DNA from: a virus
Length of the DNA stretch: 15,226 nucleotides
IMG/VR virus record: IMGVR_UViG_3300045988_083488
Coordinates: 1 to 15,226 of that record
Direction: 5' to 3' (one strand)
Positions within the stretch are counted from its first letter, which is position 1; every line of letters starts with the position of its first letter. Of the stretch, positions 6,386-13,552 are shown piece by piece. A program made the position numbers and the translations under genes. The notes under the pieces were generated by a model, which was given only the letters and a program-made list of their open reading frames with translations, had not been told where the DNA came from and made no database searches.

Positions 6386-6610
6386 ATGCAGGAAGTCATG
6401 ACAGCTATTAACACATTGGGTCTACCTACAGTTGTTGCGATTGCGTCCATGTGGTACGTGAAATACAGAGAGGATAAAAATGACGCACGCATAGACAAAC
6501 TAAATGAAGCGCACAAAAAAGAAATGGGAGATATTACAGAAGCTTTGAACAACAACACACTTGCGCTTCAAAGAATATGCGATACATTTGAACAGAAAAG
6601 GGAGGATTAA
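6386..6610 (+). CDS. Holin-like protein (BhlA/UviB-like architecture)
   Basis: The start is reassigned to ATG 6386, which follows AAGGAGGTG at 6372-6380. The 74-aa protein has one N-terminal transmembrane segment (LGLPTVVAIASMWYV) and a charged helical tail. It lies immediately upstream of the endolysin. Confidence 0.6.
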   Translation: MQEVMTAINTLGLPTVVAIASMWYVKYREDKNDARIDKLNEAHKKEMGDITEALNNNTLALQRICDTFEQKRED

Positions 6611-6612
6611 AC

Positions 6613-7602
6613 ATGGCAGTGAAAAAAGCAGTAGACATTTCATATCACAACGGGGTTATTGATTTTGAACGATTAAAAAACGCTGTAGACTATGTTATCA
6701 TTCGTTGCGGATATGGACAAGATATGGCATCACAAGACGATAAACAATGGAATCGAAATGTCAGTGAATGCGAAAGATTAGGGATTCCATACGGCGTATA
6801 TTTCTATTCCTATGCAAAAACCACAGCTAGAATAGAGGGTGAAATTAATCATTGTCTTAGATTATTACAGGGGCACACTCCTAATCTTCCTGTATTTTTT
6901 GACAGTGAAGAAAAAGGAACACAAGGCGTAGCAAAGCACAACGCAAAGCGTTTTTGCGATGCGATGCTGACGAACGGTTATAAGGCAGGAATCTATGCTA
7001 GTAAATCATGGTTCGAGAATTATATTGGCGAAACATGGGGATATGATTTATGGATAGCTCGGTACGCGAATGTATTAGGTGTAGATAATGTGGACATATG
7101 GCAGTATTCCAGTAATGGCTCTGTTGACGGTATTAATGGAAGATGCGATGTGAATCACGTGTACAAAGACTATGGAGCTTCAAGTGCTACGCCTACTATA
7201 CCGCAGCCCCCTACTAGTCAAGCAAAACCAAGAAATGAATTGATTGCTTTAGGTCAACAGCACGCTATTAATTTTACAGGTGTTCAGATTGCTGTAGACG
7301 GGATTGTCGGGAGAAACACAAAAAGAATGGCTGTACGTGTCGTGCAAAGAGCTATGAATGAGGACTATGGTTATACCATTGCAGAGGACGGAATTGTAGG
7401 CAAAAAGACAAGAGCAAAAGCAGGAAAGCATTATGTAAAGCGAGGAGAAACGCAGTATCTTGTCACAGCTCTTGAAATCTTGTGTTTGTTGCAAGGAAAA
7501 GACCCGAACGGTGTCGAATGTCCAGGAACATTTGGCGGAGGTCTTGCACGCGCTTGTGGTAGTGAATTTGTCTACGCAAAAGATATGCTATATATGTTAT
7601 AA
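6613..7602 (+). CDS. Endolysin: GH25 muramidase plus C-terminal PG_binding_1-type repeats
   Basis: GH25 hallmarks: DISYHNGVIDF, YVIIRCGYG, GIPYGVYFYSY, LWIARY, IWQYSSNGSVDGINGRCDVN. The C-terminus has two DGIVGxxT motifs typical of the peptidoglycan-binding domain. Confidence 0.85.
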   Translation: MAVKKAVDISYHNGVIDFERLKNAVDYVIIRCGYGQDMASQDDKQWNRNVSECERLGIPYGVYFYSYAKTTARIEGEINHCLRLLQGHTPNLPVFFDSEEKGTQGVAKHNAKRFCDAMLTNGYKAGIYASKSWFENYIGETWGYDLWIARYANVLGVDNVDIWQYSSNGSVDGINGRCDVNHVYKDYGASSATPTIPQPPTSQAKPRNELIALGQQHAINFTGVQIAVDGIVGRNTKRMAVRVVQRAMNEDYGYTIAEDGIVGKKTRAKAGKHYVKRGETQYLVTALEILCLLQGKDPNGVECPGTFGGGLARACGSEFVYAKDMLYML

Positions 7603-7603
7603 T
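7595..7603 (+). promoter_or_regulatory. Extended -10 promoter element overlapping the endolysin stop codon
   Basis: TGt-TATAAT (7595-7603) with a poor -35 (CGCAAA). The palindromes at 7609-7647 would lie from about +1 to about +35. Confidence 0.35.
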
Positions 7604-7608
7604 TTCTA

Positions 7609-7647
7609 TTCACGTGAAGCAAAAAAATGTTTCACGTGAAACATTTT
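7609..7647. promoter_or_regulatory. Core palindrome TTCACGTGAA (7609-7618) plus palindrome copy 5 (7626-7645; extends to a 24-bp perfect palindrome, 7624-7647)
   Basis: Copy 5 is AAAATGTTTCACGTGAAACATTTT. The centres of the two sites are 22 bp apart. The cluster lies between the endolysin stop and the SD of the tail-lysin gene. Confidence 0.6.
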
Positions 7648-7666
7648 AAGGGGGGTGTAGTAAAAA

Positions 7667-8674
7667 ATGCCAAATATTAATGTAGCGTATCAATGGGTGG
7701 TCAATGCGTGCAATGCTCCTAATATTGGCTATTCACAGCAATACCGAAGAGGGCAGACCGTGAACGGCATTACTTATTATGATTGCAGTTCTTTTATATC
7801 AAAAGCGCTAACAGAAGCAGGATTTTTCTCACCGAATCCGTGGTTCACTACAAGAACAGAAGAGGGATATCTATTACAGGCAGGATTTAACGAAATTAGT
7901 GTCAATGAGGCATGGCAGGCAGGTGATATTGTTTGGCGCAGTGGTCACACGGAAATGGTATACAGTGGAAACGGTGTTGGAGGTGGCGGTGTCACTATGG
8001 GAGCACACAGCGGGCGTTATCCGTTACCTGAACAAGTCAGTATTAATTCCCATGTAAGTAAGCCCTCTGCATGGACAAAGATATATAGATATGGTGACAG
8101 TGCAGGAATGCCTCTTGAGTGGATTCACGGAAACCGATATCTGACAGACGATGAAATGAAGAACAACGCTTATGTATTCTATAGCACAATGTTCTTCAAA
8201 GATTTCACCTTGAACGCCATTGCAGGAATGTTAGGAAATATGGAGACAGAATCCAATATCAATCCTGAATTATGGCAGTCACTAAAAGAGGGAAACTATA
8301 ACGGAGGTTACGGATTAGTTCAGTGGACACCTGCCACAGTCTATACAGATTGGGCGAACGCTCACGGGTATGACATCACAGACGGTTACTATCAATGTGT
8401 TTGGCTCAATGAAGAAACAGTAAGTAGTGGACAGTGGATTGAGACATTAAAATATCCGATATCATGGGAAGAGTTCAGAAAGTCCACGAAAGAACCAGAC
8501 TACTTAGCGTCTGTATTTTTAAAAAATTTCGAACGTGCAGGGGTGGAAAAAGAAGAGGATAGAAAAAAGAACGCGCTAAAATGGTATGCATATTTACAGA
8601 CATTATCCCCATACCCGATTCACCCACACGCAAGAAAAAGAAAAATGCCTCTTTACTTTTTCTTGCCGTGGTGA
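7667..8674 (+). CDS. Tail-associated peptidoglycan hydrolase (functional counterpart of phi29 gp13): N-terminal Cys-His peptidase-like domain plus C-terminal phage tail lysozyme-like domain
   Basis: YYDCSSFISKAL ... GDIVWRSGHTEMVY fits an NlpC/P60- or CHAP-type Cys/His pair. MLGNMETESNINPE...GGYGLVQWTP fits the phage tail lysozyme motif (GN--ES--NP...G-GL-QWT). Confidence 0.7.
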   Translation: MPNINVAYQWVVNACNAPNIGYSQQYRRGQTVNGITYYDCSSFISKALTEAGFFSPNPWFTTRTEEGYLLQAGFNEISVNEAWQAGDIVWRSGHTEMVYSGNGVGGGGVTMGAHSGRYPLPEQVSINSHVSKPSAWTKIYRYGDSAGMPLEWIHGNRYLTDDEMKNNAYVFYSTMFFKDFTLNAIAGMLGNMETESNINPELWQSLKEGNYNGGYGLVQWTPATVYTDWANAHGYDITDGYYQCVWLNEETVSSGQWIETLKYPISWEEFRKSTKEPDYLASVFLKNFERAGVEKEEDRKKNALKWYAYLQTLSPYPIHPHARKRKMPLYFFLPW

Positions 8675-8680
8675 TATAAT
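8652..8680 (+). promoter_or_regulatory. Candidate promoter for the structural operon
   Basis: TTTACT (8652-8657), 17-nt spacer, TGa-TATAAT (8672-8680). The TGA is the stop codon of the preceding gene. Confidence 0.45.
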
Positions 8681-8726
8681 AAAAATCGTAAAAGGGTGAC
8701 ACTAATATAAGGAGGTAAAAAATTAT

Positions 8727-9008
8727 ATGGATTATAATGAAGCATTAAGCGAATTAATTGACGCTGTGGTAGACGTGGAGGAACATGGAGACGCTATCGA
8801 AGTTTTACAAAATTACGAGAGCGAAAGAGATGGAGAGTCAGACAGCGAATGGAAAGACAAGTATGAAAAGTTAGAAGCCGAGTACAAAAAACGCTTTAAA
8901 GCGCGCATGAAAGAATCTGCTACTAATGCAGACGGTGAAGAAAAGAAAGACGAAGCAGAAGAAAAAATTACCGTTGAAGATTTGGACTTTGACGGGAAGA
9001 CGGAGTAA
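8727..9008 (+). CDS. Scaffolding protein (phi29 gp7-like)
   Basis: The 93-aa protein is acidic and predicted helical, and lies directly upstream of the capsid gene. The C-terminal EKITVEDLDF resembles my recalled phi29 gp7 ETITIEDLEAK. Confidence 0.65.
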   Translation: MDYNEALSELIDAVVDVEEHGDAIEVLQNYESERDGESDSEWKDKYEKLEAEYKKRFKARMKESATNADGEEKKDEAEEKITVEDLDFDGKTE

Positions 9009-9023
9009 AGGGAGGTTTAACAA

Positions 9024-10292
9024 ATGGCAGACGCAACGAATAGAAATATTTTAAAAGCAGTAAGGCAGGAGCTTTCTTTTGAAGTTCAGAATCACTTGCC
9101 TGTAGAAGTCTTAGACAATTTACAGGCTGTCTATGATAACATTCTGAATTTTGCTCCTGTACGGAACGAAATTGTTCCGTCATTAATTAATCGTATCGGT
9201 ATGCAGACCGTGGACAGTATCGCATGGAGAAACCCGTTAGCACGATTTAAAAAAGAACCTATGCGCTATGGCGAAACACATGAAGAAACATACGTTAATA
9301 TGTGTAAAGGTCGTGTCTATGATTCACAGGCAGATTTTAAATTCGCATTTCAGCAATACCAGTCTTATATCATGAGCGTGTTCCACAATGTCAATCTTGA
9401 AATTCAGTATCCAATTACGGTTACTTATGATAACCTTAGAAAAGCTTTTACTAGCGAATATGGAATCCGAGACATGATTAAGGCAAAAATGGAGAGTGCT
9501 ATCACAGGAGCGAACTGGGATGAATACCTTGCTATGCGTGATTTGATTAATGTTGGTTATGAAAAAGAGGTACTTCCAGCAGTGACCGTTGACGCGATTG
9601 TCGATGAAGCATCGGCGAAAAAATTACTGATTGAAGTAAAAAGAGCAGTTGGCGAGTTTGGTTTTCCGTTACCTGAAAACAACCCAGCAGGGGCGACTTC
9701 TCATGCTATGCCTGCTAACCTTATTTGGATTACAACGCCTGAAGTTAATGCTCAGATTAGCGTTGACGCATTAGCATATGCGTTCCATATGGACAAGGCA
9801 GACGTAGCAGTTCAGACGGTTATTGTAGACAAATTTGCCAGTGATGCAATACAGGGAGTTCTTTGCGATGTGCGATTTTTCAACGTGCGCGACCAGTTCA
9901 AAGAAATGAGTGACCAAAGACTTGCAAATGTATTATCTTGGAACTACTTCTATACACAGGTAGAAATGGTAAGCGCAAGTCCGTTCTATCCGATTCGTGT
10001 ATTTACAACAGATACTGTTGTTGATGCACCGACTCTCGGTGTTACGACAGGAACTTACACAGCAGGGCAGACACAGGAAGTTGAAGTAACGGTCACAGGT
10101 GGGTCAGGCACATATCATCAGAATTTAGTGACGCTTGAAGTTGACAGTGGTGCTACTTCTGCTAAGACGTATGTAATTCCTGGAACACATCTTTTGCACA
10201 CAGGAGCGGACGAGACAGGAACTATCGTATTAAAAGCGATTTACAGACCAAATGAGAAAATCACAAAAACAGCAAGTTTCACAAAAGCGTAA
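9024..10292 (+). CDS. Major capsid protein (phi29 gp8-like) with C-terminal Ig-like (BIG2-type) domain
   Basis: SLINRIGMQ...NPLARFKKEP...EETY and VDALAYAFHMDKAD...WNYFYTQ parallel recalled gp8 SLVDRIGLV...NPLKKFKKGQ...EEIY and VDVLAKAFNMNRTD...WNYYYHV. The C-terminal 90 aa is Thr/Gly/Val-rich and looks like a beta-sandwich. Confidence 0.9.
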   Translation: MADATNRNILKAVRQELSFEVQNHLPVEVLDNLQAVYDNILNFAPVRNEIVPSLINRIGMQTVDSIAWRNPLARFKKEPMRYGETHEETYVNMCKGRVYDSQADFKFAFQQYQSYIMSVFHNVNLEIQYPITVTYDNLRKAFTSEYGIRDMIKAKMESAITGANWDEYLAMRDLINVGYEKEVLPAVTVDAIVDEASAKKLLIEVKRAVGEFGFPLPENNPAGATSHAMPANLIWITTPEVNAQISVDALAYAFHMDKADVAVQTVIVDKFASDAIQGVLCDVRFFNVRDQFKEMSDQRLANVLSWNYFYTQVEMVSASPFYPIRVFTTDTVVDAPTLGVTTGTYTAGQTQEVEVTVTGGSGTYHQNLVTLEVDSGATSAKTYVIPGTHLLHTGADETGTIVLKAIYRPNEKITKTASFTKA

Positions 10293-10313
10293 ATTTAACG
10301 GAGGTGTTTATCT

Positions 10314-11930
10314 ATGATAAATTTACCATCTCAAGGAGGGGTTGCACCACGCAACCCCGAAACAAAATTAAGATTGTATAGTGGTGTGCCTTGGTCTGAC
10401 GAATATGAACACGTTAGATTATACAACTCGAAAGAAGATTTGCTAAATCATTTAGAGTTGTATCGTAAACATATTAACGGAGTTGACCTGTCACATCTTG
10501 CACCTATTAGAATAGGAAATTATGATATCCGCGTACCGTTCACAGAGATGAAAGCACTTAATCTCAATTATTTAGCTTTTCAAAATAGCGGTATTTCTAA
10601 CGAATGGGTATTTTGCTTTATTGACTCCATCGAGTGGTTATCAGAAAAAACAACTAGAATTAATTTTTCTTTAGATGTTTTTCAAAATAACTTTTACGAT
10701 GCAAATATAAAGCCTTGCTTTGTAGAGTATCATCATATTCCTAGAAGTGCAGATTCGATAGGCGTAAATCTAACGCCTGTGAATATTGAGACAGGAGAAA
10801 CGATTGTATCACGACACAAAAAATTAGACTTGACACCAACAGAGTGTTGCGCTTTTGTGACACGAGGAACAGCAGAGCAAAGTTGGTTTGAGGGTCGAGT
10901 GGAAAACGGCGTGTATTGCTGGGGTAGTATTGGACATTATGATGTCACAACCGAAGAGGGACTAAAAGGGATTAACACGTTATTAGAGGGTTACAATAAT
11001 CAAGGGGCGCAAGATGCAGTAATAGGGTTATTCATGTCCCCGAAATTATGCACACTTGCTTTAGGCGGAAAAGAAATCAAACCGAAAATAACAAGCATGC
11101 AGATTTCTGATAATGTGTTTGAGGGATATAAGCCAAAAAATAAAAAGCTATATTCTTATCCGTGGTTATTCTGTTTGGCTGACAACAATCAAGGAAATAC
11201 CCACATATACAGATATGAGTATAGTTATAATCGGGATAAGTCCCTTGAGTTCGACAGCTATGGAACAATCGCCACGTTACCGCAAGTCTTGACAGCACCG
11301 AAAAATTATAAAACACGTGAAGAGTTAGGACATGGACTAATGAGTGAAGCACTTATTAACTCCTCTTTCCCGATGTGTTCCTTTTCCTCTGACACTTATC
11401 GAGCATGGCTGGCACAAAATAAAAGTTCAATTGCTCTATCACAAGTTCACACAGCTGTCGATGCCACTCTAGAAACAGGCACGGCAATATCTGGGCTTGC
11501 TAGTGGAAGTTTACAGGGAGGTCTTAACGGTCTTGGCAAAACAACGAACGCTTTTTGGGACGCTCTTGGAATGTTGGCGAATCAGACAGACAGAGCAAGA
11601 AACGCGGGAGTAACGCATGGGAAAGCATTATCAGAAAATGTTCTGACAGGTATCAAGGAGTGTGGCGTTGATTTTTACGAGATGTCATGCAAAAGACAAT
11701 TTGCAGAAATGGCAGATAGCTTTTTCGAGCAATTTGGCTATCCAATCAATAAGATTGCAACCCCTTATTTACATTCGAGGTCGTACTGGAATTATGTAAA
11801 AACCTCTCATTGCGGATTCACTGGAAATATTGATTTAGACCAGTTGAAAAAACTGCGAAATATATTTGACAACGGTGTGACTTTGTGGCATACTGATGAC
11901 ATAGGGAATTATGGTCTATCCAACGATTAA
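10314..11930 (+). CDS. Tail knob / distal tube protein (phi29 gp9-like)
   Basis: The C-terminus FFEQFGYPINK...WNYVKTSHCGFTGNIDLDQLKKLRNIFDNGVTLWHTDDIGNY parallels recalled gp9 FFHKYGYKINR...[42 protein letters not shown]. The N-terminus YLAFQNSGISNEWVFCF parallels YIMFQNADYGNKWFYAF. Confidence 0.88.
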   Translation: MINLPSQGGVAPRNPETKLRLYSGVPWSDEYEHVRLYNSKEDLLNHLELYRKHINGVDLSHLAPIRIGNYDIRVPFTEMKALNLNYLAFQNSGISNEWVFCFIDSIEWLSEKTTRINFSLDVFQNNFYDANIKPCFVEYHHIPRSADSIGVNLTPVNIETGETIVSRHKKLDLTPTECCAFVTRGTAEQSWFEGRVENGVYCWGSIGHYDVTTEEGLKGINTLLEGYNNQGAQDAVIGLFMSPKLCTLALGGKEIKPKITSMQISDNVFEGYKPKNKKLYSYPWLFCLADNNQGNTHIYRYEYSYNRDKSLEFDSYGTIATLPQVLTAPKNYKTREELGHGLMSEALINSSFPMCSFSSDTYRAWLAQNKSSIALSQVHTAVDATLETGTAISGLASGSLQGGLNGLGKTTNAFWDALGMLANQTDRARNAGVTHGKALSENVLTGIKECGVDFYEMSCKRQFAEMADSFFEQFGYPINKIATPYLHSRSYWNYVKTSHCGFTGNIDLDQLKKLRNIFDNGVTLWHTDDIGNYGLSND

Positions 11931-11942
11931 GGAGGTGATATC

Positions 11943-12842
11943 ATGCGAAACCCTTTAAGAATTTTTGAAAAATGTAAAGATAAAAAATTTAATGGTGATT
12001 TTGAAACAATCAAAACTATCTATTTTTATGATATTTTTGATATATTTGTAAATCGGTATCAATGGCATAACTTACCCGAAGAAATTTTGCCGATGTACAT
12101 TGAACAAACACTTTTTTGGCATGGACTTGGTGTATTCATCAAAGATGATATAGCAGGATACGCTTTTATGAAAGTTGCATTATCAGGATTGCCTGATATT
12201 TATAATATCCCTCAAGATAGAATTGCTTATACGGCTAATGGGTATATCGAAGATTATGGCAAGAAAAATAGTTGCATTTTATGGAACAATTATTCGACTA
12301 TGCCATATTACTATAAAGCGTTAATGTATGCTGATGCAATGGCGAATACATGGAAAACAAAAGGCATTAATATGTACGCACAACGTACACCTGTTGCACT
12401 TTCTTCATCAGACAATGAAAAACTAAGCTTTGAAGTAGTAGGCGAAGAGTACGATAACTATTTACCTATTCTAAAACTTTCTGATTCATTAAATTTAAAA
12501 GATATCAAAGCTTTGAACATGGGAGCCCCTTACATTGTCGATAAATGTGAACAGGAATTACGAGATTTATGGTCACAAGTATTAACATCTTTAGGGTATG
12601 AAAGTAATCCAGTAGAAAAAGGTGAGCGTCTTGTTACAGGTGAAACGGCAGGGAACAACGGGCAGATTGAAGCAAATAGAAATGTTGGTCTAATATTGAG
12701 AAGAAGATGCGCGAACGCTATTAACGAATTATGGGGACTCAATGTGACTGTTGATTTCAATAGTGTGTTGCCGACCATGCTTAATGGATATATACCTGAA
12801 AAATATATGCAAAGAGGTAAGGAGGGTGACGAGATTGAGTAA
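11943..12842 (+). CDS. Head-tail connector / portal (upper collar, phi29 gp10-like)
   Basis: YQWHNLPEEI, AQRTPVAL, GAPYIVDKCEQ, EKGERLVTGE and INELWGLNVTVDF parallel recalled gp10 FEWENLPPTI, AQKTPVLI, DAPYVVDKLNAQ, EKKERMVTDE and INELYGLNVKVKF. Confidence 0.9.
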   Translation: MRNPLRIFEKCKDKKFNGDFETIKTIYFYDIFDIFVNRYQWHNLPEEILPMYIEQTLFWHGLGVFIKDDIAGYAFMKVALSGLPDIYNIPQDRIAYTANGYIEDYGKKNSCILWNNYSTMPYYYKALMYADAMANTWKTKGINMYAQRTPVALSSSDNEKLSFEVVGEEYDNYLPILKLSDSLNLKDIKALNMGAPYIVDKCEQELRDLWSQVLTSLGYESNPVEKGERLVTGETAGNNGQIEANRNVGLILRRRCANAINELWGLNVTVDFNSVLPTMLNGYIPEKYMQRGKEGDEIE

Positions 12843-13536
12843 ATACACTACAACTATAAAAGATATTTGTGAAAGCTTTATCCATACCCAAGAACTATGT
12901 AGCATGGACTTATCTGTACAAAGAATTATTGACAAAACACAGGGAAATTTTTTTGACTTTGATTTTCCTTTTTATTCAGAAGATAGAAAAGACTTATACA
13001 CGTTTAAGACATATTTTCTACTTAGGTATTGGAATAATTATATAGGCTTTGAAACTCTAGGAATGTGGAAAACAGCTTTTATAGCAAAAATGTATGAATT
13101 GATGCCGTATTACACAAAATTGTATAGTGCAATTCAAAAAGACAACCCTTTTACAAATGTAAATATGACAATCACAGAAGCAGAAAAAGGAAACGAAAAA
13201 ACAACAACTAATTCAACAGATGCAGGAAAGAGCGAGGTAAAAAACAACCAAAATTATCAAAATATTGATAGTGATAACCCACAAGTTACCGTAGCAACAC
13301 AAGATTATGCAAGTGCTATGAGCAGAGGTGAGACTGTCAATAACACTACGACAATGGCAAATAATAGCCGTGCAGGGAACGACAACAAAGACAGCAAAAG
13401 AGACAGAGCAACGAAAGAGATAGGATTAAGAGGAAAATCAACAAGCGAAGCAATAGCAGAATATCGTGAGCAAATACAAAATATCAACAGAGAACTTGTA
13501 AATGCTTGTCGCGATTTATTCATGAAAGTTTGGTAA
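12835..13536 (+). CDS. Lower collar protein (phi29 gp11-like)
   Basis: The start is reassigned to TTG 12835, 9 nt after GGAGG (12821-12825). This start overlaps the connector gene's 3' end by 8 nt. The position after the connector fits. The protein has IGFETLGMWK near the N-terminus, a central Asn/Thr/Ser-rich region, and ends ...DLFMKVW. Confidence 0.65.
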   Translation: MSKYTTTIKDICESFIHTQELCSMDLSVQRIIDKTQGNFFDFDFPFYSEDRKDLYTFKTYFLLRYWNNYIGFETLGMWKTAFIAKMYELMPYYTKLYSAIQKDNPFTNVNMTITEAEKGNEKTTTNSTDAGKSEVKNNQNYQNIDSDNPQVTVATQDYASAMSRGETVNNTTTMANNSRAGNDNKDSKRDRATKEIGLRGKSTSEAIAEYREQIQNINRELVNACRDLFMKVW

Positions 13537-13552
13537 AAAGGAGGTGAGATAT

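Noticed and set aside
6386-6400. Possible dual-start (holin/antiholin) motif MQEVM
   Set aside because: The four extra residues carry a negative charge rather than the positive charge seen in lambda-type dual-start holins. There is no evidence for a second SD.
2129-7584. Shared 12-13-mer (CA)TACGCAAAA(A)GA(T) at 2129-2141, 4167-4181 and 7573-7584; two copies sit 23-24 nt upstream of extended -10 elements
   Set aside because: A few 12-mer coincidences are expected in a 15-kb AT-rich sequence, and the third copy has no promoter downstream. The shared spacing in two copies is curious but insufficient.
1158-7642. The TGAAAC inside the palindrome matches the -35 of Bacillus ECF sigma-W-type promoters
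   Set aside because: No CGTA-type -10 lies 16-17 nt downstream of any copy, on either strand.
1147-7647. Could the repeated palindromes be a CRISPR array or MITE-like elements?
   Set aside because: Copy spacing is irregular (about 100 bp to 4 kb). The copies sit at gene boundaries, with no array structure, no leader and no cas genes. There are no flanking target-site duplications.
12751-12834. Track starts at 12751 (lower collar) and 13544 (next gene)
   Set aside because: 12751 would overlap the connector gene by 92 nt and has no SD. TTG 12835 follows GGAGG at the right distance. 13544 is a GTG inside the SD itself, whereas ATG 13553 is correctly spaced.
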